From: an uncultured Azospirillaceae bacterium
GTDB lineage: Bacteria; Pseudomonadota; Alphaproteobacteria; Rickettsiales; UBA3002
DNA length: 64,000 nt
Reading direction: 5' to 3'
NCBI GenBank assembly: GCA_964564675.1
Contig: CAZMBI010000003.1
Coordinates: 6,033 to 70,032 of the forward strand
How positions within the stretch are numbered: the stretch's first letter is position 1; each line of letters begins with the position of its first letter. This document shows positions 50,051-61,820 of this stretch, piece after piece. The position numbers and the translations under genes were made by a program. The notes beneath the pieces were generated by a model, which saw only the letters and a list, made by a program, of their open reading frames with translations, did not search any database and was not told where the DNA came from.

Positions 50051-52617
50051 GCCGCCACCACATTGACAATTTTATTAGGCACCACAATCACCTTACGCAC
50101 CTGCTTGCCAGCGATGGCCTGGCTGACCGAGGGCAGGGCGAGGGCTTCATTTTCCGCGGCTTTGGCATCGATATCCCGTACCAGCTCGAGCGTGCCGCGC
50201 AGTTTGCCGTTGACCTGCACCGCCACCGTTACCATGTCATCGACCAGAAACCGCGGATCCGCTTGCGGCCACGGGCGATCACCTAAACAGTCACTATGGC
50301 CCAGCGTTTCCCACATCTCTTCGGCCAGATGCGGCATCATCGGCGCGATCAGATGGATCACCGCCTCCACACCCTCCTTATAAACCGCGCAGGCCGGAGC
50401 CTGGTCTAACGCCAGCGCGCTAAGCGTATTGGTCAGCTCGCGAATCCGCGCGACGGCCTTGTTATAATGAAACCCCTCAATATCTCTGGTGACGGTATCG
50501 ATGGTTTTGTGAATCGCTTTACGTGTCTTAAGCAGGGACTCGTCGGCTATCGTCTCCGGCGCTGGCAGCTCGCCGTGCAGCCCCGCCAGCGGTTCGGCAA
50601 CCATACGCCACAGCCGGTTGATGTAGCGCCAGGCGCCGTCTATGCCGCCTTCGGTCCATTCCAGATCGCGCTCCGGCGGGCTGTCGGACAGCATGAACAG
50701 CCGCGCCGTATCCGCGCCGTAGCTTTCGATTATCTGATGCGGGTCGACCGTATTACGTTTGGATTTACTCATTTTCTCCAGCCGCCCGGACGTAACCGGA
50801 TCGCCGCTTTGGGCGTGAACAAGCCCGCCGTCTTCGGCTTTGACCACCTCGTCCGGATACAGCCAGCGACCCTGCGCATCCTGATAGGTCTGGTGGCAGA
50901 CCATGCCCTGCGTTAGCAGACCGGCGAAAGGCTCCTTGAGATCGAGCAGACCGCAATGCGTTAGAGCCCGTGTGAAGAACCGGGCATATAATAAATGCAG
51001 GACCGCATGCTCAACACCGCCGATATATTGATCCACCGGCAACCAGGCACGCGCCGCCTGCGTATCGATTCCTTCTGTCGCGTGTGGCGAGCAAAAGCGG
51101 GCGAAATACCAGGAGGATTCAAAAAACGTGTCAAACGTATCAGTTTCACGTTCGGCCGGCTTGCCACAGGCCGGGCAGGGGACATATTTCCATGTCGGAT
51201 GATGGGCCAGCGGATTGCCCGGCTGATCAAATGCAACATCCTCGGGCAGTGTGACGGGCAGATCGGAGGCCGGCACCGGAACCGCGCCGCAATCAGCACA
51301 ATAAATAATGGGAATCGGGCAGCCCCAATAGCGCTGGCGAGAGACCCCCCAGTCACGCAGGCGGTAATTAATCCGCCGGTTACCGATGCCCTGCGCTTCG
51401 ATGGCGGCAATGGCTTGTTCTTTTGCCTCGTCCACGGGCAGGCCATTGAGAAAATCTGAATTGATCATCACACCGTCACTGGTATAGGCATCGTTTTCAA
51501 CGGCGAAATCCGGCTGGTCGGCCGGTGCTACCACAGTGGTGACCGGCAGATAATATTTTCTGGCAAAGTCCAGATCGCGCTGATCATGCGCCGGGCAGGC
51601 GAAAATGGCGCCGGTTCCGTAATCCATCAGAACGAAGTTAGCAATGTAAAGCGGGTGGGGCTCACCGGTGAAAGGATGATTTACCTGCAAGCCGGTGTCA
51701 TAGCCTTTTTTTTCCGCCTTTTCGATGGCCTCCTCGCTAGTGCCCAGCGCATCGCAGGCTTTGATGAAGGCGGCCATCTGCGAATCATTGGCGGCAAGCT
51801 CCTTGGCCAGCTGATGATTGGGCGATATCGCCGCAAAGGACATACCGAAAATTGTCTCCGGGCGGGTTGTATATACTTCCAGCTTCTCGGCGCGGCCCAC
51901 CACGTCGAAATGAATGGATGCGCCATACGATTTGCCGATCCATTTTTCCTGCATCAGCTTGACGTTGGACGGCCAGCGCTCAAGCGTGCGGATATCTTCC
52001 AGCAGCTCATCGGCAAACGCGCTGATCTTCAGGAACCACTGCGAGAGCTGGCGGCGCTCGACCGGTGCACCGGAGCGCCAGCCGCGCCCTTCCACCACCT
52101 GTTCATTGGCCAGTACGGTCTGATCCAGCGGATCCCAGTTGACATAGGATTCTCTGCGGTAAGCCAGACCCGCTTCCAGCATTTTCAGAAAAAAGCGCTG
52201 CTCTTGCCGGTAATAGTCGGGATCGCACGTGGCAAACTCGCGGTCCCAATCGTAGGACAGACCGATGAGTTTGAGTTGCTCGCGCATGGCGGCGATATTC
52301 TCATAGGTCCATTGCCGGGGGTGTATACCGCGCTCAATAGCCGCATTTTCCGCCGGCAGGCCGAACGCGTCCCAGCCCATCGGATGCAGCACCTCAAAGC
52401 CCTGCGCCCGTTTATAGCGCGCCAGCACATCTCCCAGCGTATAGTTGCGCAAATGGCCCATATGGATTTTTCCGGACGGGTAGGGAAACATCTCCAGCAC
52501 ATAATAGCCGGGCTTTTCAGGCCGATCGGAGCAGGCAAACGCGCGGCGCTCAGCCCAGCGCTGTTGCCATTTGGCCTCAACGGCACGGTGGGAATAACGG
52601 GTGTTAATCTCGCTCAT
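50047..52617 (-). CDS. leuS: leucine--tRNA ligase
   Basis: 856 aa with a HIGH region [12 protein letters not shown] and a KMSKS region KMSKSKRN. Confidence 0.95.
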   Translation of the reverse strand: MSEINTRYSHRAVEAKWQQRWAERRAFACSDRPEKPGYYVLEMFPYPSGKIHMGHLRNYTLGDVLARYKRAQGFEVLHPMGWDAFGLPAENAAIERGIHPRQWTYENIAAMREQLKLIGLSYDWDREFATCDPDYYRQEQRFFLKMLEAGLAYRRESYVNWDPLDQTVLANEQVVEGRGWRSGAPVERRQLSQWFLKISAFADELLEDIRTLERWPSNVKLMQEKWIGKSYGASIHFDVVGRAEKLEVYTTRPETIFGMSFAAISPNHQLAKELAANDSQMAAFIKACDALGTSEEAIEKAEKKGYDTGLQVNHPFTGEPHPLYIANFVLMDYGTGAIFACPAHDQRDLDFARKYYLPVTTVVAPADQPDFAVENDAYTSDGVMINSDFLNGLPVDEAKEQAIAAIEAQGIGNRRINYRLRDWGVSRQRYWGCPIPIIYCADCGAVPVPASDLPVTLPEDVAFDQPGNPLAHHPTWKYVPCPACGKPAERETDTFDTFFESSWYFARFCSPHATEGIDTQAARAWLPVDQYIGGVEHAVLHLLYARFFTRALTHCGLLDLKEPFAGLLTQGMVCHQTYQDAQGRWLYPDEVVKAEDGGLVHAQSGDPVTSGRLEKMSKSKRNTVDPHQIIESYGADTARLFMLSDSPPERDLEWTEGGIDGAWRYINRLWRMVAEPLAGLHGELPAPETIADESLLKTRKAIHKTIDTVTRDIEGFHYNKAVARIRELTNTLSALALDQAPACAVYKEGVEAVIHLIAPMMPHLAEEMWETLGHSDCLGDRPWPQADPRFLVDDMVTVAVQVNGKLRGTLELVRDIDAKAAENEALALPSVSQAIAGKQVRKVIVVPNKIVNVVAA

Positions 52618-52640
52618 GGCTTACGGGCCGCAGTGATCGG

Positions 52641-53147
52641 TTAGCGTATGCTTCTGACTTTCAATTCCCGCGCGCGGGTGAGAATCGTATCTTCAAGGTC
52701 ACGTTCCAGCTTGTCGGGCACTGTCACGTCAATCCATTGGCTGTCTGGCATTTTTTCCTGTTTGAACAGCGAGACGTTAATGCCGTCCGCACGCAGGTTG
52801 CGATCAAGGATCAGGGCCGTGACCTTAAACCGCTCGCCGCGCGCGTTCGGGTCTTCATACCAGTCGGTGATGACCACGCCGCCAAACGGATCAGCCGAGG
52901 CCAGCGGCATAAAGGCCAGCGTGTCGAGCGTGGCGCGCCACAGGAAACTATTAACACCCAACGGGTTGGTGCCGGCAGCCGACTCATCGCCGCCGCCCAG
53001 GGTCAGTCCATCGCCGGTCAGCTTGCCGCGACCAGCCTGGCGCTCAATTTCCGTACGCTCAGGAAAACTGATTTCTTTTTCGACATCGCCGCAGGCACTT
53101 AATAACAGGGCGCAGGCGGCGGATAATAGTAAGATGGAAATACGCAT
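52641..53147 (-). CDS. conserved lipoprotein (DUF3576-like; family name from memory)
   Basis: 168 aa with lipobox LLLSACG, in the leuS-adjacent position common in alphaproteobacteria. Confidence 0.55.
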   Translation of the reverse strand: MRISILLLSAACALLLSACGDVEKEISFPERTEIERQAGRGKLTGDGLTLGGGDESAAGTNPLGVNSFLWRATLDTLAFMPLASADPFGGVVITDWYEDPNARGERFKVTALILDRNLRADGINVSLFKQEKMPDSQWIDVTVPDKLERDLEDTILTRARELKVRSIR

Positions 53148-53212
53148 GGCACTCTTCGGTTATGTTGTGTTCATACAATGGGGTTAATACTGCAATGGGT
53201 GTTAATACAATG

Positions 53213-53244
53213 AAAAAGGGCGACGCTACGTTAGCGTCGCCCTT
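53213..53244 (-). terminator. rho-independent terminator of the porin gene
   Basis: On the minus strand there is a GGGCGACGCT-AACGT-AGCGTCGCCC stem (10 bp) followed by TTTTT. It starts 29 nt after the porin stop. Confidence 0.75.
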
Positions 53245-53272
53245 TCCGTTAAGCAAGTGTTTCTAGCCTAAA

Positions 53273-54379
53273 CTAGAATGCCAATTGCGTACCCAGGATG
53301 AACAGCGTGCCATCGTTTTCGTTGGCAGCACCCGGGGTTTCGAAATCATACAGGCTGAGTTCGGCATACGGGGTCAGGCCCGGAGCCAGCTTGTAGTCAG
53401 CACCGAAGACCAGGTTGCTGAAATCGTTATCACCGGCGCCGGTTTCAAACGACGAATCCAGCCAGGTAGCGGACACACCGAACGGGCCACCTTCATAAGC
53501 CGCCCCAAGGGTGTAGTAGTCGGACTCATTGTCCGAGCCCTGCGCCTGCAGGCTGTCGTCCCAGTCGCTGTACGAAGCAGCCACTTTGAAGCCTTCGTAA
53601 CCGACATGCGCACCGATCACCCATGCGTTGAGGTCTTCAACACCGGTATCACCGTCTGCGAAGGTGTACACACCGGCAACACCCAGATTCACGCGATCGA
53701 ACTCGTTCTCATAGTTCACACCGATATCGAACGCATCGCCGCCCAGACCGCCGACTTCGCTGCGGGTAACGGTCTGACCACGATCCGACAGATCCGGAGC
53801 ATAGGACAGGCCTACCTGGAAGCCCGAGAAGCGGGGCGAATAATAGGTAATTTTGTTATTATTTACCAGGGTCTCATCATTCAGAATGGCGGTGTTACCA
53901 TGCTCAACCGGCAGCGCAGCGTTACGGATGTAGCTCTGACCATTTGGGTTAGCAAAATAGCTCCAGGCGCCGTTAATACCGCCGGTTGCTACCGCGATAT
54001 TGTCGGCATCGATACCCATGGTCGAACCGGCACCTTCGTTCGAACCCAGCTCAAAGCGGCCCCAGCCGCCATCCAGGTAAACATAAGTGCGTGATGCGTT
54101 TATACCTTCACCGTCCGCATCACCGGTCACGTCTGCTTCCAGATCGATGACCGCACCATAACCCAGACCGCTGTCGGACTTCCCGTCCACGCGAATGCTG
54201 ACTTCGGTATCGTTACGGAAGCCATATTCGCGCTGGTTTTGATCCAGATCATCATCCACAAAACCGGCTTGGAAGTCGATGAAACCACCAACCGTTACTT
54301 TCGGAGTCTCAGCGGAAGCAGATGCCGCCAGCAGTGCTGCGCCGACAAGACCAGTTGTACCAAGAAGAATATTTTTCAT
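53273..54379 (-). CDS. outer-membrane porin (alphaproteobacterial Porin_2/Omp2-like)
   Basis: Starting at the ATG at 54379 (MKNILLGTTGLVGAALLAASASAETP...) gives a signal peptide, an alternating Gly/Tyr/Asp-rich beta-strand pattern and a C-terminal ...GTQLAF. The track start at 54469 is rejected. Confidence 0.8.
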   Translation of the reverse strand: MKNILLGTTGLVGAALLAASASAETPKVTVGGFIDFQAGFVDDDLDQNQREYGFRNDTEVSIRVDGKSDSGLGYGAVIDLEADVTGDADGEGINASRTYVYLDGGWGRFELGSNEGAGSTMGIDADNIAVATGGINGAWSYFANPNGQSYIRNAALPVEHGNTAILNDETLVNNNKITYYSPRFSGFQVGLSYAPDLSDRGQTVTRSEVGGLGGDAFDIGVNYENEFDRVNLGVAGVYTFADGDTGVEDLNAWVIGAHVGYEGFKVAASYSDWDDSLQAQGSDNESDYYTLGAAYEGGPFGVSATWLDSSFETGAGDNDFSNLVFGADYKLAPGLTPYAELSLYDFETPGAANENDGTLFILGTQLAF

Positions 54380-54406
54380 AGTAAAATCCTTTTCTTTCAA
54401 GCACTT

Positions 54407-54440
54407 ATTAACATAATTGTTAATGAGGTTGTTATTAACA
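54407..54440. promoter_or_regulatory. operator-like palindromes in the porin leader (ATTAACA-TAAT-TGTTAAT, then TGTTATTAACA)
   Basis: A perfect 7-4-7 inverted repeat at 54407-54424 plus a related near-palindrome at 54430-54440. They lie 28-61 nt upstream of the porin ATG. Confidence 0.3.
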
Positions 54441-54645
54441 AGGCGCACATGTCTTTGCGTGTGCTCCAAGCATTATCTATCACAACGGGGGGTATGGGTG
54501 GCAAGCCGGCAAATAGTAAATCTCTCCTCTGTTGCTTCTTTTGACCCTCTATGTTGCAGATTAGCCACAAGCCGGGCGCGGCGATTTTGCCCCCGTTGCT
54601 CTTGCCATTGATCCGCAATTACCCCATACCATTCATTTAGATCCC

Positions 54646-55314
54646 ATGGCATTTCACGAACAGTTTCAGCGCATTCATCAAGATCTGGTCAACGCCTGCG
54701 AGGCGTCGCCGCTGCGCCCCGCTCCGCCGACGGTGATCGCAGTGAGCAAACAACAGCCGAGCGCGCGCATACAGGAGGCGCTGGCCGCCGGCCATCGTCA
54801 CTTCGGCGAAAACCGCGTGCAGGAGGCGCGGGCGCGCTGGCCGGAGCTGAAATCGCTTTATGACGGGGTGATGCTGCATCTGATTGGCCCGCTACAGTCA
54901 AACAAAGTGCGCGAGGCCATGGCTTTATTCGACGTCATCCACACGGTGGACAGGGCCCGCCTGGCCGACGCCCTGCGCGCGGAAAGCGCACGTCAGGGAC
55001 GGACGCCGGCCTGTTTGATTCAGGTTAATACCGGCGAAGAAGCCCAGAAATCGGGTGTAACACCCGATCAGCTCGCGACGTTGCTGGCGCATTGCCGCGC
55101 GATCGGGCTGGCCATTGAGGGGCTGATGTGCATTCCGCCTGCAAACGAGCCGCCCGCGCCGCATTTCGCTTTATTACATAAACTGGCTGAAGAGCACGGG
55201 CTGCAGACGCTGAGTATGGGCATGAGTGGGGATTATGAAACCGCCGCGCGCTTTGGGGCAAGCTATGTGCGCATCGGTACGGCGCTGCTCGGCGCGCGCC
55301 CGGGTGCGGCATAA
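54646..55314 (+). CDS. yggS: YggS-family pyridoxal-phosphate homeostasis protein
   Basis: 222 aa. Contains VIAVSKQQP (the Lys is the likely PLP-binding residue), HFGENRVQE and LSMGMSGDYE. Confidence 0.85.
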   Translation: MAFHEQFQRIHQDLVNACEASPLRPAPPTVIAVSKQQPSARIQEALAAGHRHFGENRVQEARARWPELKSLYDGVMLHLIGPLQSNKVREAMALFDVIHTVDRARLADALRAESARQGRTPACLIQVNTGEEAQKSGVTPDQLATLLAHCRAIGLAIEGLMCIPPANEPPAPHFALLHKLAEEHGLQTLSMGMSGDYETAARFGASYVRIGTALLGARPGAA

Positions 55315-55323
55315 GATAACCGG

Positions 55324-56022
55324 CTAGTATTTCAGCTTGTCTGCCATTTCCTGGGCCATAATCAGCGCCTGACTCGGGCCGGACAGATGCTGGCTGACCT
55401 GCGCGCTTTCGGACTCGAACAGATCAAGCACGGCCTCGTAGGGATCTATCGCGCCGGACGTGTCGCGCCTGTCCTGTTGATTATCCGGCTGCGCGTTTAG
55501 CTGTGGCACCGCTAATTGCGGCAGGGCCTGTAATTGCTCAATCGGCGTGGGCTCGAGCAGGGCAGGGGGGGCTTCCGCCAGCGCCGCCTCGATTTGCGGC
55601 CCGGTCCGGGCTGCGGCTGCGGGTTCTCCCTCGAACAGATTCACAATCTGCGAGCCCAGCGATGCGCCGCTTTGCTGGGTGATGAGGGCATCGACCGCTG
55701 AGCCGACAAATCCGGGCACGCCGCCGAGCAGGCCACCGGCAATCAGTTTCGGACCGGGGGCAATGCTATCGCCGGTAAGCTCGCGATAGATCGTGGAAAC
55801 GCCGGGAATATGCTGCAGCGGATTGACCAGATCGAGCACGTCATCGAAGGTAAACCCGTCCTCGCCCCAAAAGGTGCCGTTGGCATTATCGCCCAGCGTC
55901 GCCTTTTGTATCGGCTTGCGCAGCCCGCTGTCATAGGCCTGATTGGCCGGCGCCGCCGGTTCGGGCCGGATGGTCAGGCTGGTAGCGGCGGGTGTGTTGA
56001 AATCAATAGCCATAGCATACAT
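55324..56022 (-). CDS. hypothetical protein
   Basis: 232-aa ORF with ordinary GC and codon usage for this window. No family was recognised. It has a Gly-rich hydrophobic patch LIAGGLLGGVPGFVGSAV. Confidence 0.5.
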   Translation of the reverse strand: MYAMAIDFNTPAATSLTIRPEPAAPANQAYDSGLRKPIQKATLGDNANGTFWGEDGFTFDDVLDLVNPLQHIPGVSTIYRELTGDSIAPGPKLIAGGLLGGVPGFVGSAVDALITQQSGASLGSQIVNLFEGEPAAAARTGPQIEAALAEAPPALLEPTPIEQLQALPQLAVPQLNAQPDNQQDRRDTSGAIDPYEAVLDLFESESAQVSQHLSGPSQALIMAQEMADKLKY

Positions 56023-56117
56023 TAATGCAAATTGCAGGCCAGCCCGCCGCTTCCTTTCAACCGTTTGGGAAATAATAATTTACCAGCGCCGGCACCATCA
56101 CAGCGGCGTGTTTTTGC

Positions 56118-56516
56118 CTAGCGCAACGCTTCAGCCAGCGCTTCGGCCAGAAAGACCCGCTTTTCATATTTGGCCTGATCGGCCGCCGCCGCCTGCGATA
56201 AGTCATGGCGGGCAATTTCCAGCTCTTTGTTGGCGGCCGCCAGATCAACGGCGGCCAGATCACGCGCATGTTCGGCCAGAATCGTACAGCCCTCGGTGTT
56301 CACCTCGGCATAGCCGCTGGGAATAAAATAACGGATATCGCCGCCTTGCGCGTCGTGAACATGAACCACGCCCGCGCGCACCATCGAAAAAAACGGGGCA
56401 TGGCCGGGCAGCACGCCGAAATCGCCGAGCTCGCCGGGCACTTCGACCATGGCGACCGGCGCCGAGTGGGCGATGCTTTCGGGTGTTACTAATTCAAATG
56501 TCAGCGTATCGCTCAT
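56118..56516 (-). CDS. atpC: F0F1 ATP synthase subunit epsilon
   Basis: 132 aa. The N-terminus LTFELVTPE...VEVPGELGDFGVLPGHAPF is typical of AtpC. It is the last gene of the F1 cluster. Confidence 0.9.
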   Translation of the reverse strand: MSDTLTFELVTPESIAHSAPVAMVEVPGELGDFGVLPGHAPFFSMVRAGVVHVHDAQGGDIRYFIPSGYAEVNTEGCTILAEHARDLAAVDLAAANKELEIARHDLSQAAAADQAKYEKRVFLAEALAEALR

Positions 56517-56641
56517 ACATCACACACCACTGGTTTAATCATCGTTGACGCTACTTAGCATGCTTTCTCTGTCTCCATAGGCATCTTTTCCATGTCCACA
56601 CTATGGATTACTCCCAGCATAATCAGCAGAAAACCACTGCG

Positions 56642-58105
<1,464 letters not shown>

Positions 58106-58263
58106 TCACATGATGAGCGGATAAACAGCTGATCGGGTGATCAGATGGTTAACCGATCGTAGCGTGTCGTTGTGATATCGTTTTTAAGAGATATTTATCC
58201 TCTTTCCGCAATTTTTGCCACTCCCTGTGCGTTGCTCGTCCGTTCATCTGATACCCCATATAT

Positions 58264-59148
58264 CTAAACCGCTTCCGCGCCGGAAATGATCTCAATCAGT
58301 TCTTTCGTAATGGCCGCTTGTCTAGTGCGGTTATATTGCAGCGTCAACCGATCGATCATCTCACCGGCGTTGCGGGTGGCGTTGTCCATCGCAGTCATAC
58401 GCGCGCCCTGTTCGCTGGCGGCGCTTTCAAGCAGCGACTTGAAAATCTGCATAGACAGATTGCGTGGGAGCAGATCGGCGAGAATGGTGGCTTCATCCGG
58501 CTCATATTCATACGGCACAGCTTCGGTCCGGCCGGCCTGCTCGACTGGTGTGTCCAGCGTCAGCGGAATGAGTTGCTGCCAGGTGACCACTTGCGCGATG
58601 ACGGATTTGAAATGGTTATACACCACCCAGCAGACATCATACGACTCGGTTTCATACAGCGCGACCACCTGTTCGCCGATACGCTCGGCCGTCTCATACC
58701 CCAAATTTTTACGCCCCACGTCGCTGATCTGGCCGACAATCGCCTCGCCGTATTCGCCTTTGAGCAGATCATAGCCCTTGCGTCCGACGCAAAACAGCCG
58801 GACATCCTTGCCTTCCGCATGCAGCGCTTTGATCTTCTGGCGCACCGAGCGCACGATACTGCTGTTAAACGCGCCGCACAGCCCGCGGTCAGCCGTGGCC
58901 ACAATAATCAGGTGTTTGTCGGAGCTGCCCGTGCCGCGCATCAGCAGCGGCGCCTGATCCATATTGTCAATCCCGGCGCTCAGGGACTGCACCATCCCCT
59001 CCATACGCTCGGCATAGGGCCGTGCGGCTTCCGCTGCCTCGCGCGCGCGGCGCAGCTTGGCCGCTGCCACCATCTTCATCGCTTTGGTGATTTTCTGCGT
59101 ATTTTTAACCGACCCGATGCGGTTTTTTAGATCCTTGAGGCTGGGCAT
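58264..59148 (-). CDS. atpG: F0F1 ATP synthase subunit gamma
   Basis: 294 aa. Contains [35 protein letters not shown] and the C-terminal [14 protein letters not shown]. Confidence 0.95.
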   Translation of the reverse strand: MPSLKDLKNRIGSVKNTQKITKAMKMVAAAKLRRAREAAEAARPYAERMEGMVQSLSAGIDNMDQAPLLMRGTGSSDKHLIIVATADRGLCGAFNSSIVRSVRQKIKALHAEGKDVRLFCVGRKGYDLLKGEYGEAIVGQISDVGRKNLGYETAERIGEQVVALYETESYDVCWVVYNHFKSVIAQVVTWQQLIPLTLDTPVEQAGRTEAVPYEYEPDEATILADLLPRNLSMQIFKSLLESAASEQGARMTAMDNATRNAGEMIDRLTLQYNRTRQAAITKELIEIISGAEAV

Positions 59149-59157
59149 GCCACTCCC

Positions 59158-59189
59158 GAAGTTACGAAATTACGAAGTCACGTAGTCAC
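59158..59189. repeat. tandem octamer array GAAGTTAC GAAATTAC GAAGTCAC GTAGTCAC (arm 1 of an inverted pair)
   Basis: Read directly from the sequence. It is the reverse complement of the array at 59566-59589. It spans the stop codon of the four-helix-bundle ORF and abuts the atpG Shine-Dalgarno sequence. Confidence 0.85.
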
Positions 59190-59595
59190 GAATTTTATAC
59201 AACATGCGTTGCACCTTATCGTAACCATCGTTGAAGGTTAACCATTGAGCGTCGGTAATATAACCAAGCTCCTTACAATAATCCAGCCACACCTGGGTTT
59301 CATACGCAGAACCCAGCGCCAGCATCATAAAACGGTTGAATTCGGGTCTGGAATATTGCTGCCGTCCAAACCCTTCCGCAATATTGGCGCAGATACTTTT
59401 GCTGGAGCGACGAATTTGATCGCTTAACGCATATCGCTCTTCTTTCGGAAATTGATGAGAAAGCGCATGCAACTCAAGTGATAATGAAAATGCCTCTTTA
59501 TATACATTTAAATCACGGAAATGCGCAACAAACGACGCAGATCTGCTTTCTGCAAATCCCTCCGCGTGACTTCGTGACTTCGTGACTTCGAGCAT
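59170..59595 (-). CDS. four-helix-bundle protein (23S rRNA intervening-sequence protein family)
   Basis: 141 aa. FRDLNVYKEAF...FPKEERYALSDQIRRSSKSICANIAEGFGR...GSAYETQVWLDYCKELGYI matches my memory of the family consensus. One sampled line gives about 40% GC. Confidence 0.8.
   Translation of the reverse strand: MLEVTKSRSHAEGFAESRSASFVAHFRDLNVYKEAFSLSLELHALSHQFPKEERYALSDQIRRSSKSICANIAEGFGRQQYSRPEFNRFMMLALGSAYETQVWLDYCKELGYITDAQWLTFNDGYDKVQRMLYKIRDYVTS
59566..59589. repeat. tandem octamer array GTGACTTC x3, perfect (arm 2 of the inverted pair)
   Basis: Read directly from the sequence. It lies inside codons 3-10 of the four-helix-bundle ORF, 14 nt from the atpA stop. Confidence 0.85.
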
Positions 59596-59602
59596 TCGAA
59601 AC

Positions 59603-61132
59603 CTACTTCATCAACTGCACGATCGACTCAATGGCCGATTTGATCTGGATTTCCAGATCATCGGACAGCACGGCCTTATCGCGTATGGTGGCCAGCAGCT
59701 CCTTGCGGTTGGTGCGCAGCTCGCGCAGCAGATTCTGCTCAAACTCACCGACTTTCTCCACCGGCACATCATCGAGATAGCCGCGCACGCCGGCGAAAAT
59801 CACGCACACCTGCTCTTCCATCTGCAGCGGCGCGTATTGCGGCTGCTTGAGCAGCTCGGTCAGGCGCTGCCCGCGCGCCAGCAATTTCTGAGTGGCGGCA
59901 TCCAGATCCGAGCCGAACTGGGCAAAGGCTTCCATCTCGCGGAACTGGGCAAGCTCAAGCTTGATCGAGCCGGCCACCTGCTTCATCGCCTTTTTCTGCG
60001 CCGATGAGCCAACTCGGGAAACCGACAACCCGACATTTACCGCCGGTCGTACCCCCTTATAAAACAACCCGGTCTCCAGAAAGATCTGCCCGTCGGTAAT
60101 CGAGATGACGTTGGTGGGGATATACGCCGAGACGTCTCCCGCCTGGGTTTCGATAATGGGCAGGGCGGTCAGCGATCCGGCGCCCTGATCGTCAGACATT
60201 TTGGCGGCCCGCTCCAGCAAGCGCGAGTGAATGTAAAAGACGTCTCCCGGATAGGCTTCACGCCCCGGAGGGCGGCGCAGCAGCAGGGACATCTGGCGGT
60301 AAGCCACGGCCTGCTTGGACAGATCGTCATAAATAATCAGCGCGTGACGGCCGGAATCGCGGAAATATTCGCCCATGGCGCAACCGGTGTATGGCGCCAA
60401 GAACTGCAGCGGCGCCGCTTCGGATGCGGTTGCCGCCACCACCACCGTGTAATCCAGCGCGCCAGCTTCCTCCAGCGTTTTGACCACCTGCGCCACGGTC
60501 GAGCGCTTCTGCCCGACACAGACATAAACGCAAAACAGCTTTTCTTTTTCGTTACCGGACTCATGCGCGGGCTTTTGATTTAAGATCGTATCGATGGCGA
60601 TCGCCGTTTTCCCGGTCTGTCGATCACCAATGATCAATTCGCGCTGGCCGCGGCCGATCGGGATCAGCGAATCAATCGATTTAATCCCGGTTTGCACCGG
60701 CTCATGCACCGATTTGCGGTAGACAATGCCCGGCGCTTTGACTTCGACCCGGCCGCGTTTCTCGCTTTTAATCGGGCCCTTGCCGTCAATCGGGTTGCCC
60801 TGGGCGTCCACCACGCGGCCAAGCAGCTCCTCGCCGACCGGCACGTCGACAATGCTGTTGGTGCGCTTGACCGTATCGCCTTCCTTCACGCTGCGGTCGT
60901 CCCCGAAAATAACCACGCCGACGCTATCCGTCTCCAGATTCAGCGCCATGCCGCGCATGCCGTTTGGAAACTCAACCATCTCACCGGCCTGTATCTGCTC
61001 CAGCCCGTAGACGGTGGCTACGCCGTCGCTTACCGAGACCACCTGACCGACCTCAGCGAGCTCCGCCGCGTCTTCATAGCCGGTGATCTGCTGCTTGAGA
61101 ATGTCTGAAATTTCCGAAGGACGAATATCCAT
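59603..61132 (-). CDS. atpA: F0F1 ATP synthase subunit alpha
   Basis: 509 aa with Walker A GDRQTGKT. Confidence 0.97.
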   Translation of the reverse strand: MDIRPSEISDILKQQITGYEDAAELAEVGQVVSVSDGVATVYGLEQIQAGEMVEFPNGMRGMALNLETDSVGVVIFGDDRSVKEGDTVKRTNSIVDVPVGEELLGRVVDAQGNPIDGKGPIKSEKRGRVEVKAPGIVYRKSVHEPVQTGIKSIDSLIPIGRGQRELIIGDRQTGKTAIAIDTILNQKPAHESGNEKEKLFCVYVCVGQKRSTVAQVVKTLEEAGALDYTVVVAATASEAAPLQFLAPYTGCAMGEYFRDSGRHALIIYDDLSKQAVAYRQMSLLLRRPPGREAYPGDVFYIHSRLLERAAKMSDDQGAGSLTALPIIETQAGDVSAYIPTNVISITDGQIFLETGLFYKGVRPAVNVGLSVSRVGSSAQKKAMKQVAGSIKLELAQFREMEAFAQFGSDLDAATQKLLARGQRLTELLKQPQYAPLQMEEQVCVIFAGVRGYLDDVPVEKVGEFEQNLLRELRTNRKELLATIRDKAVLSDDLEIQIKSAIESIVQLMK

Positions 61133-61148
61133 AATGTGCTCCTTGCTG

Positions 61149-61712
61149 TTAGGCTACCGCCGTGCGTAACGTTGCTTGCAGCCGTTGCAGACGGCCAGCC
61201 ACTGAACGGTCGAGCAACAGGCTGCCCATTTTGATGGTGATGCCGCCGATAAGCGACGGCTCAGTCTGACGAATAAGCCGGACTTGCTGACCGGCGGCCG
61301 CCTTTAATTCGTCGGCGATACGCCGGGCCATGGCGTCGCTTAGCGGCGCGGCGGTGGTAACGGTCGCCTCGCGCTCCCCCCTAAAGGCGCGCAGCTGCGT
61401 TTGATAGGCCTCAACAATATCGGGCAGCAGCGCGATGCGTTTTTGCACAATGACAAAGCGCACCGAGCGGGTGGTAAGCGCTTGTGCGCCCAGCTTTTGC
61501 AGCAACGCGTCAAACACCGCAGCTTTATCTTTGGTCTCGATGACGGGATTAACCAGCAAGCGTTGCAATGGCTCACTGCGTGTTACGGCCTCGCCGAGCG
61601 CCTGCAGATCCTCGCCCACCTGCTCATGCGCAGATGCTGCCTGCGCAACATCGAATATCGCAGCCACATAACGGGAGGCGATGCGTCTGGACTCCGAACG
61701 GCTGAGTGACAT
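61149..61712 (-). CDS. atpH: F0F1 ATP synthase subunit delta (OSCP)
   Basis: 187 aa, upstream of atpA. Contains [13 protein letters not shown] and [20 protein letters not shown]. Confidence 0.85.
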   Translation of the reverse strand: MSLSRSESRRIASRYVAAIFDVAQAASAHEQVGEDLQALGEAVTRSEPLQRLLVNPVIETKDKAAVFDALLQKLGAQALTTRSVRFVIVQKRIALLPDIVEAYQTQLRAFRGEREATVTTAAPLSDAMARRIADELKAAAGQQVRLIRQTEPSLIGGITIKMGSLLLDRSVAGRLQRLQATLRTAVA

Positions 61713-61820
61713 GGCGAGCTGATTAATTCTGTTGTTACTAGCGGCGGCAACCTAGGCAAAAAAAATGGGGATGGCAACTCTTTTCATACGCGAGTCATAC
61801 GCAAAGGGTGGCTGGGTGCA

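Noticed and set aside
59158-59589. Octamer tandem arrays considered as a CRISPR array or simple VNTR
   Set aside because: The units are 8 bp with no spacers, and there are only 3-4 copies. The two arrays are inverted relative to each other around a gene, so they are interpreted as stem arms instead.
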